This document shows positions 41,087 through 54,301 of a stretch of 64,000 nt of DNA, piece by piece; the first letter of the stretch is position 1; each line of letters opens with the position of its first letter. The stretch covers positions 114,452,001 to 114,516,000 of the forward strand of contig OZ024744.1 in NCBI GenBank assembly GCA_964016885.1, given 5' to 3'. The notes under the pieces are model-generated. The model made no database searches and had not been told where the DNA came from. It was given only the letters and a program-made list of their open reading frames with translations. This DNA comes from Eledone cirrhosa (Eukaryota). Position numbers and translations under genes: made by a program.

Positions 41087-41608
41087 CGTTTCTGAATTTG
41101 TTTAGCAAGATTCTTTATCTGAAAACGTGTGTTGAAACCGATATTGTTATACTTGGGAGGGTCATGTTGCCAATAAGAAACACACGCACCAGTTGCTTTC
41201 ACTTCAATTTATTATAATAAATTTATAAATTTAGGAATTTATAAATTTCCTGTTGGTTCGTTGGTTCCACAACCAGATGGTTGTTTATATATTGTCAAAG
41301 TTCTTTCGTCACACATTCTGTGACCTCTTCAGTGACTGGGGATTCTTTTCTTTGTTTTTGTGCCTCTCCTTTGTTCTGTCCTACGCCATCTTGTTTCTGT
41401 GTGTGTGTTGTGTGCTCAGTCTGCGCATGCGCCACATCCGAGTGTCTGTGTGTGTTTATATTCGTTTATTTATTTGTTTATTTACCAACCAACCAACCGG
41501 AAATTTATAAATTCCTAAATTTATAAACTTATTATAATAAATTGAAGTGAAAGCAACTGGTGCGTGTGTTTCTTATTGGCAACATGACCCTCCCAAAGTA
41601 TAACAATA
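41085..41608 (-). mobile_element. H1 fold-back element, opposite orientation
   Basis: Tail 41086-41140, arm 41141-41255, inverted arm 41495-41608. Flanked by (TA)n. Confidence 0.85.
41293..41337 (-). ncRNA. Minimal type I hammerhead ribozyme
   Basis: Minus strand reads agtca-CTGAAGA-g-gtcaca-gaatg-tgtgac-GAAA-gaac-TT-tgaca. Confidence 0.8.
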
Positions 41609-41783
41609 TATATATATGTATATATATATATATACTCATTCTCTCAGCGAAAAGTTTCTTTATAAACATAGGCAAACATGTATACGTGTATACAGGAAAA
41701 AGTGTATAAGTGAGTGTATGAGTTAGAAAGGGAGAAAGTGAAAGAAACAGGCATACAGACTAAAAGAGAGGAAGAGTTACAGA

Positions 41784-41786
<3 letters not shown>

Positions 41787-41865
<79 letters not shown>

Positions 41866-42812
41866 TAGTTTGTATTGGAGTAGAAGAAATTGAAAGAGAA
41901 CCCACACAAAGAGGGAGAGATAGCGGGAGAGAGAGAGTAAGATACTGTATGTGTATGTTGTGTCAGTGAAGATATGTTTGTGTGTGTGTTGTGTGTGAGT
42001 GTTGTGCGTGTGTGTGTTGCATGTGCGTGGGTGTGTTGTGCATGTGTGTGTTGCATGTGCATGTGTGCGTGTGTGTGTTGTGTCGTGTGCGCGTGTGCGT
42101 GTGTGTGTTGTATTGTGTGTGTGTGTGTGAGTGTCTGTGTTGTGCGTGTGTGTGTTGTGTGCATGTGTGTGCTGTGTTGTGCGTGTGTGCTGTGTTGTGC
42201 GTGTGTGAGTGTCTGTGTTGTGTGCGTGTGTTGTGTTGTGTGTGTGTGAGTGTCTGTGTGGTTTGCGTGTGTGTGTGAGTGTCTGTGTTGTGTATGATTG
42301 TGTTGTGAGTGTCTGTGTGGTGTGTGTGTTGTGTGCGTGTGTGTGTGTGTCTGTGTTGTGTGTGTGAGTGTCTGTGTGGTGTGTGTGTTGTGTGTGTGTG
42401 TGTGTGTGTGTGTGAGTGTCTGTGTTGTGTATGATTGTGTTGTGAGTGTCTGTGTTGTGTGTGAGTGTCTGTGTGGTGTGTGTGTTGTGTGCGTGTGTGT
42501 GTGTGTGTGTCTGTGTTGTGTGTGTGTGTGAGTGTCTGTGTGGTGTGTGTGAGTGTCTGTGTGGTGTGTGTGTGAGTGTCTGTGTTGTGTATGATTGTGT
42601 TGTGAGTGTCTGTGTTGTGTGTGAGTGTCTGTGTTGTGTATGATTGTGTTGTGAGTGTCTGTGTTGTGTGTGAGTGTCTGTGTGTTGTGTGCGTGTGTGT
42701 GTGTGTGTGTCTGTGTTGTGTGTGTGAGTGTCTGTGTGGTGTGTGTGTTGTGTGTGTGTGTGTGTGTGTGAGTGTCTGTGTTGTGTATGATTGTGTTGTG
42801 AGTCTGTGAGTG
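41787..42812. repeat. (GA)n followed by a degenerate GT-rich minisatellite
   Basis: Direct reading. Confidence 0.9.
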
Positions 42813-42899
42813 TGTTACTCTGAAGATATCCATGTAACTTTCATTCATCTTTCATTTAATCCGAATTTCAATTTTCAAAAGAGATTCCCAAATGAAAAA

Positions 42900-45800
42900 T
42901 GTTCTCACTCTCCCCAAGCTCTTCAGACGTGGCTAATGAGGCAAGAAGAGAGGGGAGGACATGCAGAAGAACAGTATTGTACAGTGTAGTAAAGGCAAGT
43001 ACAGAGTAAGGGCACTAGAGTCCCTTGCACAACGACTACAAAGACATGAAAACGACCAAAGGAGGGTTGCTGCATGCAGGGACAATGAGTCTCAAGAGGC
43101 AAGGGAAAAACAGTTAGAACAATTATGTCAACAAAATGCAATCCGCAGCAGCCAAGAATCAAAAGAGAAAAGAGAACAATGTTTAAGGGATGCAAGACAA
43201 AGACAAGCTACCAGAGTTGACAATGAGACAATAGGTCAGCGAGAGATTAGACAAAGAAAAAAAACCAGGAGCAAACAGTTGCTGCAGTATTTCACCAATC
43301 CTCAGAGGAGAGACATAAGCAACTTGATCAAGATAGGCTGCATACGTTTGACAAAAGTGTTGCACCTTTCAATGGAACTTGAAAAAAATCAACTTTCAAC
43401 TATTATCCAAAGCATGATTATTCTACGGAGAAATTGATTGATATTGGAGCAATATCAAAAGAATGCAATTTTTGTAAAGGAAAGAAATGGGAAAGAGAAA
43501 CCACTACTATGTGTTGTGGTAAAGGAATGGTTGTTTTACCGATATTTGGTACACCCCCAGATACTTTGAAGGCATTGCTTTGGGCAAAACACATCTAAGA
43601 CCACGCACTTCTTGAAAAACATTGGAAGGGAACTTCAAGCCAACCATTAACGTTCAAGGTCAAGTATACCATCGTATTGGATCTTGGTTGCCAACTGAAG
43701 GTTAAAGTCCACAGTTTTTACAGTTACATTTTGTAGCAAATTACAAGGAGTAGGCTTTGCAACAGCCTTTGAACCTTCCAAATCTGAAAGTAGAGTTAAT
43801 CTTTGATTTACAGGATATGTTTCATGCAAATAATAGCTACATCAGAAAATTCTAATATGCATTGAAATCTGTGCCTCCCACTGAATACAAGATAGTTAGT
43901 GATGCAGACAAAAAGCCTGTTGCTGAACTCAGAGGCTGCTACAATTCCCCTGCTGCAAATGAAGTAGCAGCAATCATTACTGGAAAGGAGTATGGGAGGA
44001 GGCATATTGTTATTCAAGGAAGAGGAAATAATTGTAGCGTATAAATGCAACCCACCGATCATTTGATGCACTCCAGTATCTATTAATCTGTGTATTTGGC
44101 CAAGATGGATATCACTTTGGTATTTAAAAAAAAACAGATCTTAAAACAAGAGCTCCTGCACTGACAAAAACAGTAAAGTGCATGGAATTCTATGCTTACT
44201 TTTTCATATTAAGAGAGCAAGACTTCAATATTCTTTATTGTTCACATGAGCTCTTCCAGCAATTTGCAGTTGATATGTATACAAAAGTTGAAGGAGAAAG
44301 GTTTCTTTACATTAAAACACATCAGAAAGATCTCCGTGCATCAGACTACATTCACCTGAGAGATTCAATCAGTAATGAAGGAGTATTGGCTGCTGATAAC
44401 ATTGGACAGCTTTGTGCCATTCTTCCATGATCATCACCATCATCACTCGTCGACTACTGTCGAGATGATGGATCTCACTCTCATGCCCCAGAATCCCCTG
44501 TCTCCCATCGCTGCCCCCAGGTCCTGTCTGCTGATTCCCGTATGTCAGACACTATGGTTGTCCAGATCTCTTCATTACATTCACATGTAATCCAACAGGG
44601 CATGAAATAAAGAGTGAGCTTTATCACCATCAAGGACCCAGAGATCGCCATGATATTATTGCTAGGGTGTTCAGACTTAGTCATAAAGCTGATGGATCTC
44701 CTAAAATAGGTGAAGTCTTTGGACCAGTCAAATGTGACATGTACACCATTGAATGGCAAATACGAGGATTGCCACATGCCCACATTTTGATTTGGCTATA
44801 TGATATCCTTTGCTGAATGAAATTGTCAAGTCTGAAATGATTCATGGGCCCTGTGGTTTAATTAATCCATCCTTCCTATACATGAGGGATAAAAAGTGTA
44901 CCAAGAACTACCCCTGTCACCCCTGTACAATAAACCAAAACTAAAGATGGCTACTCCATTTACAGGAGAAGAAAATCTGGGCAGGGTGGATTCACTACGA
45001 AAAAAAAAGATGAGAAATGGATATGTATTCATCATTGACAATCGGTGGATTGTACCCTACTATCCTCTTCTTACAAAACCTTTCAAAGCTCATATCAATG
45101 TTGAATTCTGCAACTCTGTTAAGTCTATTAAGTATGTTTGCAAATATGAATACAAAGGCTTAGATGCTGCAACATACACTCTTATGCAGAATGGCAGTCA
45201 GCAGATAAACAAAAATAATGAAGTTGCACAGTGTGAGAGAGGAAGATACATCAGTAGCAATGAGGCTTTTTGCCGCATCTTCAATTATCCCATTCATGAG
45301 AGGCACCCAGCCATCATGCAACTAATCATTTTACATGAAGTACTTGGTTCCAAATGATTCCAAGATTTGAGGAGAGTCAATGTGTAAAACATATAGGGTA
45401 GCGTGCTATCAAAAAAGTTTGTTAGAAAATGATGATCATTGGGACCTTGCATTGACTGAAGCATCAGTGTCAGATTCTCCAAGGAAACCCCATAACCTTT
45501 TTGCCATTATGCTGAACATGTGTCAACTTGGCAGTCCCCAACAACTTTGGATAAAACATTGTGTGGACATGGTTGAGGACTTAAAGAATATAGTTCAACA
45601 GGCAAACCCAGGCATCAATATTCAGTTCTGTCAAGAAATTTTCAATCAACCATTGATTGAAATTGAAGATCAACAAGTAATTTACCTTCAAGAGACATAG
45701 CAACAGAGACAAATTATGACATCTCAGAGTTGGCTGCATTTGTGAATGAACATGAGCCGTAATGTCTTCCAGAACAACGCTGTGTATATGATAACATTAT

Positions 45801-47085
45801 TTCGTCAGTCAGAGAAAAAAGTGGAGAAATTTTCTTTCTTGATGCTCTTGATGGCACAGGTAAAACATTTGTAACAACATTGCTTCTCTCCAAGGTAAGG
45901 CAGCAAAAAAGAATTGCAGTTACTGTAGCATTGTCTAGCATTGCTGCCACCCTTCTCCCAGGAGGACAAACAGCTCATTCTGATTTTAAATTATCGCTAA
46001 ACCTGGTCACAAATGACAGTCCAATTTGTAACAGAAGCACAGGTTCAGGTTCAGCAGAAGTGTTACGCCAATGTCACCTGATCATTTGGGATGGATGCAC
46101 CATGTCACACGGAGGTGCAATGGAAGCTCTTGATAAGACCTTACAGGACATTAGAGGCAACAATAAATCTATGGGAGGAGTTACATTAGTTTTATCAGGA
46201 GACTTCAGACAGACATTACCAGTCATTCCGAGAGGAACAAGAACTGATGAAATAAAAACATGCATTAAGTCTTCACACCTATGTAACAAAGTACAGATAT
46301 TTTCCTTCAATACTAACATGCAAACTTTATTACATGGCGACCAATGTGCAGAATAGTTTTCAACCCGGTTCCTCCAATTAGGAAACGGGAAAGTACCAAT
46401 TGATGGGAATGGTGATATCAATTTGTATCATGGTGGATTCACCAGCTGAATTGAAGAACAGGGTATTTCCAGGCTTAAATAATCATTATAATTCACATAA
46501 ATGGTTGCGTGAAAGGCCAATTCTTGCTAAAAAAAATGAGACAGTAGCAAGGATTAGCCATGAGCTCATGAATAAGATTCCAACAGTAATTAAGGAGTAC
46601 AAATCAGTTGATTCAGTCCTTGATGAAAAACAAGCTGTCCACTACCCTTCATTCTCTTGAGCTACCTGGAACTCCTCCACATAAACTTATTCTGAAGGTA
46701 GGAGTCCCAATAATGCTTCTAAGAAATTTAGATCCTCCTAAATTATGCAATGGAACAAGGTTGATTGTGAAGACATTATCACCTAATGTGATAGAAGCTA
46801 TCATCATCACTGGATGTACCTCTGGGGAAGATATTTCCATTCCAAACCAACAGACATCCCATTTGAAATACAATTCCCAGTGCGAGTTTGCTTCGCAATG
46901 TCTCTCAATAAAGCTGGAGGTCAGACTTGGAAATCTACTGGCTTGCACTTACATTAGCCTTCCTTTTCTCATGGTCAATTTTATGTTTGTTGTTCCAGGG
47001 TGGGTAGTTTACAAGACTTATTTGTCTATGCTCTAAACCAGAAAACAAAGAATGTTGTTTACCCAGTAATTTTCTTCAACACATA
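42900..47085 (+). pseudogene. Decayed Helitron Rep/Pif1 helicase
   Basis: FQQFAVDMYTKVE, HUH motif YTIEWQIRGLPHAHILIWL (~44742-44798), IDNRWIVPY, NVEFCNSVKSIKYVCKY, Walker A FFLDALDGTGKTF (~45832-45870), [26 protein letters not shown]. Many stops and frameshifts. Confidence 0.92.
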
Positions 47086-47264
47086 TAATACAATTTATCT
47101 CCCCTCATAACAGAGATAAATTTTGTATTTTCATTTTTTATTAATTTCTGTTTTATGAATACAGAATTGATTTCATCATGTACCTCAATTGAAGAATAAA
47201 TGGAATTTAAAATAACAAATTTCTATACATTTTGCTCTCTTCTAATATATAAGGACTACTTTCA

Positions 47265-47293
47265 TTCCTGGGCACACCAGGTGCATCTTTTAG
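47265..47293 (+). other. Possible Helitron 3' terminus
   Basis: CCTGGGCACACCAGGTGC hairpin-like stretch followed by CTTTTAG (degenerate CTAG), ~200 nt after the helicase. Confidence 0.35.
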
Positions 47294-47763
47294 AAGGCCT
47301 GCGGTTGGCCCTTTATCGATTTGTCTGTGTGCCTGTTTGTCGTACATGGCGCAAAGAGCTATGTTGTGGTAACCTGTCTTGCTAGAAATGACAGCGAAAT
47401 AAAACCTTAGCTTTTATTGTGCATGCAGAGACACACACACACATTAAGTTGAATCTATTTATATACTACTCTTTCTCTATCTATGTTTTCTTATCTATCT
47501 ATCTATCTAACTATCTATCAACATTGTGGTAACTGGTTTCGCTAGAAATGACAGTGAAATAAAACACTAGCCTCTAGAACACACGCTCACACATACATAC
47601 ACATACACACACATTGAATTGTATCTATCTATGTCTTACTCTTTTTGTGTCTATGTCTTCCTATCTTTCTATCAACAACTACAGAATCTATTGTCCAAAG
47701 GAGAGACAGCTGCATTTGTCTAGTATAGAAATAAAACAGAATAAACATGGAGCATGGAGACCA

Positions 47764-48968
47764 GCATTACCACCACTACCACCACCATACCACCACCACC
47801 ACCACCACTATCAACAACACCACCACCATCACCACTATCACTACCACCACCACCAATACCACCACTATCACCACTACCACCACCACCATCACCACCACCA
47901 CCACCACCATCACCACTATCACCACCACTATCACCACCGCCACCACCAACACCACCACCACCACCACCACCAATACCATCACCACCACTATCACCACCAC
48001 TATCACCACCGCCACCACCAACACCACCACCACCACCACCACCAATACCATCACCACTATCACCACCACTATCACCACCAATACCACCACTATCACCAAC
48101 ACCACCATCACCACCAACACCATCACCACTATCACCACCGCCATCACCAACACCACTGCCACCACCACCACTACCACCACCACCACTACCATCACCACCA
48201 CCACCATCACCACCACCACCACCAACACCACTACCACCACCACCACTACCACCACCACCACCACCACCACCACCACCACCACCACCACCACCACCACCAC
48301 CACCACCACCACTACCATCACCACCACCACCATCACCACCACCACCACCAACACCACTACCATCACCACCACCACTATCACCACCACTATCACCACCGCC
48401 ACCACCAACACCACCACCACCACCACCACCAATACCATCACCACTATCACCACCACTATCACCACCGCCACCACCAACACCACCACCACCACCACCACCA
48501 ATACCATCACCACTATCACCACCACTATCACCACCAACACCATCACCACCAACACCATCACCACTATCACCACCGCCACCACCAACACCACTACCACCAC
48601 TACCACCACCACCACCATCACCACTATCACCACCACTATCACCACCGCCACCACCAACACCACCACCACCACCACTACCACCACCAATACCACCACTATC
48701 ACCAACACCACCATCACCACCAACACCATCACCACTATCACCACCGCCATCACCAACACCACTGCCACCACCACCACTACCACCACCACCACTACCATCA
48801 CCACCACCACCATCACCACCACCACCACCAACACCACTACCACCACCACCACTACCACCACCACCACTACCATCACCATCACCACCACCACCACCACCAC
48901 CACCACCACTACCACCACCAACACCATCACCACTATCACCACCACCACCACCAACACCACTACCATCA
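47764..48968. repeat. Degenerate (CAC)n triplet array
   Basis: Direct reading. Internal blocks are duplicated. Confidence 0.95.
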
Positions 48969-49270
48969 TCTGGCCGTCTCAGCCAAAATCAACTCAACAA
49001 TTGATCCCCTCATGGGTCTGTCGTTCATTGCCGTTTCCAAGTCCTGGATTACAACACCAGAATCTCTGGAAATGACATCGGGATAGGAGAGTTTGTGCTC
49101 CCTGTTTTTAGTGAGTGCTTGTGGTTTCCAAAGCTCTAATGGGGGACACAGCCTCGTAGGTGGCACGATGGCAGTGGCCAGCAAGTCTTACTCTCCTTTT
49201 ACTACAAGGACAGATACGCGTGGGAGTCCGACATATATCTCTCACAAAGTCAGATGTCGCCAGCTTATCT
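48965..49270 (-). mobile_element. RTE-like LINE 3' fragment
   Basis: Minus strand gives RLAGHCHR..., LWKPQ...SYPDVISRDSGVVIQDLETAMNDR, then a GAT/GGT tail. Confidence 0.6.
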
Positions 49271-49294
49271 TCTGAATGTGTTGAAGGAGGCGAG

Positions 49295-50185
<891 letters not shown>

Positions 50186-50318
50186 GATGAAAGTGTGCAT
50201 GTCTAACTTCCATATAACAAGATTGGTTGAATTGTTAGTTGGAAGTCAATGAAACGCCCTAACAACTGACCCACAAGTCATCACCACCAGGTCACTCACA
50301 CTACTTTAAATATTTGAC

Positions 50319-50468
50319 TCTTCTTCTTCTTCTTCTTCTTCTTCTTCTTCTTCTTCTTCTTCTTCTTCTTCTTCTTCATCTTCTTCTTCATCTTCTTCTT
50401 CTTCTTCTTCCTCCTCTTCTTCTTGTTCTTCTTCTTCTTCTTCTTCTTCTTCTTCTTCTTCTTCTTCT

Positions 50469-50503
<35 letters not shown>

Positions 50504-50743
50504 TTCCTCTTCCTCTTCTTGCACTTGTTGTTGTTGTTGTTGTTACTGTTGTTGTTACTGTTGTTGTTGCTGTTGTTGTTGTTACTGTTGTTGTCACTGT
50601 TGTTGTTGTTACTGTTGTTGTTACTTATGTTGTTACTGTTGTTGTTGTTGTTACTGTTGTTGTTGTTGTTGTTACTGTTGTTGTTGTTGTTACTGTTGTT
50701 GTCACTGTTGTTGTTGTTGTTGTTGTTGTTGTTACTGTTGACG

Positions 50744-50781
<38 letters not shown>

Positions 50782-51243
50782 ACTGTTGTTGTTACTGTTG
50801 TTGTTGTTGTTGTTACTGTTGTTGTTACTTATGTTGTTACTGTTGTTGTTGTCACTGTTGTTGTTGTTGTTGTTACTGTTGTTGTTACTTATGTTGTTAC
50901 TGTTGTTGTTGTTGTTACTGTTGTTGTTGTTGTTACTGTTGTTGTCACTGTTGTTATTGTTACTGTTGTTGTTTTTACTGCTGTTGTTACTGTTGTTGTT
51001 GCTACTGTTGTTGTTGTTACTGTTGTTGTTGTTGTTACTGTTGTTGTTACTGTTGTTGTTGTTACTGTTGTTGTTACTGTTGTTGTTGTTACTGTTGTTG
51101 TTACTGTTGTTGTTGTTGTTACTGTTGTTGTTACTGATGTTGTTGTTGTTGTTACTGTTGTTGTTGTTGTTGTTACTGTTGTTGTTACTGTTGTTGTTGT
51201 TACTGTTGTTGTTACTGTTGTTGTTACTGTTGTTGTTACTGTA
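50319..51243. repeat. (CTT)n followed by a (GTT)n/ACT array
   Basis: Direct reading. Confidence 0.95.
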
Positions 51244-51564
51244 TCATAATGTATTTCTCCCAAGAGACGGAATATAAAACCAGAGGAAGACGAAACCATT
51301 TTCTTCTCCATAGAATAAAATGTAAAACAAAGAATGGTAAATATTGCTTGAATTAAAAGAAGTGAGGACATGCAAACATGTCCTGACTTCTTCATTACAC
51401 ACTATATTATTCCACAGCACAGCACTTAGGGATTTCAATGTTAGACACAGTCAGAGATAAGGAGGGGGAGAATATTGTTGAGGATTCTATAGAAGTGGGG
51501 GAGAGAGGGAGAGAGAGGTATGGAGAAAGAGAAGGAGAGAGTGGTAGAGAGAGAGAGAGTGAGA

Positions 51565-51602
<38 letters not shown>

Positions 51603-51608
51603 TAGAGA

Positions 51609-51646
<38 letters not shown>

Positions 51647-51772
51647 CAGGGAGAAAGAGGGAGAGAGAGACAGGGAAATAGACGTATTGAGTAACAGAGA
51701 GACAAACAGATTTTAAAGGATAATATAGCTTAGGAAGAAAGAGAGAACTACATATCATATGTGTGTGTGTAC

Positions 51773-51811
<39 letters not shown>

Positions 51812-51874
51812 CATTGATCTTCAAAATGTTTTTAATTAAACATGCAGTATATCACCAAATATACTATACATACA

Positions 51875-51919
<45 letters not shown>

Positions 51920-51922
<3 letters not shown>

Positions 51923-52190
51923 GAGGTTATATTTAATTTGTTGGGATTCAACAAGCTTAAAAATTGTTATAACTGATATAAAGCACTCAACAAATTAGTG
52001 GAGTAAATACTATCCAGGAAGCTCCAACCGTTAAGGTTGTCTTTTTTTCCGGATATGTCAATATTTATTTATAAAACAAATCTGTATTTTATCTGATGAA
52101 AGCGCACCATAATTTGCCTTGGTTGCCCTTGAAATATGTATAATAAAATAAGTATGGTTTTATAAATATAGTTTCCATTTATTAATATAT
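51920..52190 (+). mobile_element. H2 pLTR-like element with inverted 5' segment
   Basis: 52008-52190 matches 16930-17115. 51922-52008 is the reverse complement of the 17118-17205 tail. Lies between (TA)n runs. Confidence 0.7.
52085..52150 (+). ncRNA. Type I hammerhead ribozyme
   Basis: tattttat-CTGATGA-aagcgcacca...tggttgccctt-GAAA-tatgta-TA-ataaaata, with a perfect 8-bp stem I. Confidence 0.8.
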
Positions 52191-52195
52191 TGTAT

Positions 52196-52277
<82 letters not shown>

Positions 52278-52289
52278 TATATATATATT

Positions 52290-52527
52290 ATTATACTTGG
52301 GGAGGGTCATATTTGTGTAATATTGCCAGAATTAATAACAGAACACACTCACTGTTTGGTTGGTTTTCGCTTCTCGCTTCTGTGTCTTTTATATCGGTAA
52401 TCTAATATACTCGGTCCTCAATGTTGCCATTGACTGACTGGCAATATTACACAAATATGACCCTCCCCAAGTATAACAATATTTGTTTCGACACACGATT
52501 TCATATTAAAAAAACCTCGCAAAACTA
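52290..52527 (+). mobile_element. Short H1-related fold-back element
   Basis: ~40-bp inverted repeats TTATACTTGGGGAGGGTCATATTTGTGTAATATTGCCAG plus a right-hand tail. No intact hammerhead seen. Confidence 0.65.
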
Positions 52528-52713
52528 TATATATATATATAATAAAGAATTTATATCTAGTAACATATATATACATACAAATGCATATCGATGCTAGCAA
52601 ATATATAGGTTTTGTCTTAATAACATTGTGGTTCAATGCATGGGGTTGCAGAACAATAATATAAGAGACGTAAGATAAGAAAATTATAAAATTAACTTAC
52701 TTACTAAAATATC

Positions 52714-52795
52714 ACTTCCAACTAATTAGTTTCTGGAATTGAGTAGATACATCTTCCGAAGAAGGTGTAGAGAAACATCCCGTCATCAGGAAAGT
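52714..52795 (-). ncRNA. Type I hammerhead ribozyme (mirror copy)
   Basis: Reverse complement of 53043-53124 with one difference in stem II. Confidence 0.72.
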
Positions 52796-53042
52796 CTATT
52801 CTCATATAAGTTTCCAGGCAAAGCGAGGACTCTGGAAGCTTATTAAAAAATAAATCAGTGAATAGGAAATAGCAAAGCGTGGACTTACTTCCTAGCCATT
52901 GAGAAAATCACTGCCTCTGTGTCTGTGGCAAATTCAAAAAGAATCGAACACGTGACATCGAGGTCAATCGGTGGAAAGTGGGTTGTTAATAAGACAGCGG
53001 CCAGCCTACTACCGTAGCAGCAGTCATGGCCAGTATTGCTCG

Positions 53043-53124
53043 ACTTTCCTGATGACGGGATGTTTCTCTACACCTTCTTCGGAAGATGTATCTACTCCAT
53101 TCCAGAAACTAATTAGTTGGAAGT
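53043..53124 (+). ncRNA. Type I hammerhead ribozyme with extended stem II
   Basis: actttc-CTGATGA-cgggatg...(tacaccttc-TTCG-gaagatgta)...cattcca-GAAA-ctaattag-TT-ggaagt. Stem III is the perfect palindrome ACTAATTAGT. Confidence 0.78.
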
Positions 53125-53172
53125 GATATTTTAGTAAGTAAGTTAATTTTATAATTTTCTTATCTTACGTCT

Positions 53173-53233
<61 letters not shown>

Positions 53234-53329
53234 AATGTAATCTGAGTTTTTCGAATATTAATAATAACATTCGATTCGTTTGCAATTATGCAAACAAGCC
53301 TCATTTTTAAAGCCATATCAGTAGAATGT

Positions 53330-53391
53330 AAACAGAAGTACAGACACTAATGTTTCTGGGTATCACCCTTCATCAGTACAGCTCACTGTTC
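53330..53391 (-). ncRNA. Type I hammerhead ribozyme, family H4
   Basis: Minus strand reads gaacag-tgagc-tgta-CTGATGA-a-gggt-gat-accc-a-GAAAC-attagt-GTC-tgta-ctt-ctgttt. GUC cleavage site, weak proximal stem I. Confidence 0.68.
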
Positions 53392-53447
53392 TCCTGCCAA
53401 CTGTCAAGGCTATTTTTTTTTAATTATATATATATATATATAATTTA

Positions 53448-53722
53448 CGATCTGAGTTGACTTTGCCTTTCATCCTTACGGGGTCGATAAAATAAAGTAC
53501 CAGTAATGTACTGGGTAATTGCCGGCCTTGTGCCTAAAGTAGAAACAATTATATATATATATAATAATAATTGTTTCTACTTTAGGACAAGACCACCAGT
53601 GCATTACTGGTACTTTATTTTATCAACCCATAAGGAAGAAAGGCAAAGTTAACCTTGGCAGGATTTGAACTCAGAATGGCAAGGGCCGTAACTCTATGCA
53701 TCAAAGTATATCGTCCGACCCT
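53448..53722. mobile_element. Two partial SINEs tail-to-tail (+ 53448-53550, - 53570-53722)
   Basis: Same family as 12496-12675. Confidence 0.8.
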
Positions 53723-53728
53723 AATAAA

Positions 53729-53797
<69 letters not shown>

Positions 53798-54121
53798 CAT
53801 GATAATGATTTCATTTATTAAAATATTAAATAAACTATGCAAAATATAACAAAATAAATTCCCCGATAGGGGTGTCATGATAATAATAAATGTAAGATAT
53901 ATATTTTATATCATCTCTTTTTATTTTATTATTATTACTAGCAGAAAAACTACACTTCTGTGTAGTGTGTATATTAATATTATACACAAGTATATATACA
54001 TGTAGATATGATACATCAAATAAAATCGTAATTGACAATATCCACAGAAATTGAATGAAGACTGTGTTACACTGTCTTATGTAATCAGTAACGTAATCCA
54101 TGATACATTTAAAAAGAACGA

Positions 54122-54301
54122 TTTGGCAGTATCGGTAGAGAGTCGGACACCATGCTTTGAAGCATAGAGTTACGTCCCTTTATGATCTGAGTTCAAATCC
54201 CGCCGAGGTTAACTTTGCCTTTCATCCTTACGGGGTCGATAAAATAAAGTACCAGTAATGCACTGGGTAATTGCTGGCCTTGTGCCAAATGTAGAAACAA
54301 T
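54122..54301 (+). mobile_element. Full-length tRNA-derived SINE
   Basis: A and B boxes, central domain and GGCCTTGTGCC...AGAAACAATT tail. Same family as 12496-12675. Confidence 0.9.

Larger units (their letters stand above)
52659..53178 (+). mobile_element. Fold-back PLE remnant, family H3: ~137-bp inverted arms, each carrying a hammerhead
   Basis: 52659-52796 is the reverse complement of 53042-53178. The spacer begins with a possible GIY-YIG C-terminal remnant (KARTLEAY...NRK). Ends in (TA)n. Confidence 0.75.

Noticed and set aside
41115-41155. Second hammerhead in the H1 tail (CTGAAAA..GAAACCGATATTGTT)
   Set aside because: Lacks the CUGANGA core and a consistent stem II across copies.
28015-42848. 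Many CV/HT-rich ORFs
   Set aside because: Translations of GT/CA satellites.
47614-49086. Long His-, Thr-, Pro- and Val-rich ORFs (mucin- or extensin-like)
   Set aside because: Open in four frames only because CAC triplets lack stops. No supporting splice signals or unique domain.
54122-54210. tRNA gene (also 14152-14225)
   Set aside because: A and B boxes are present, but I could not fold a proper cloverleaf and the sequence continues into a SINE body.
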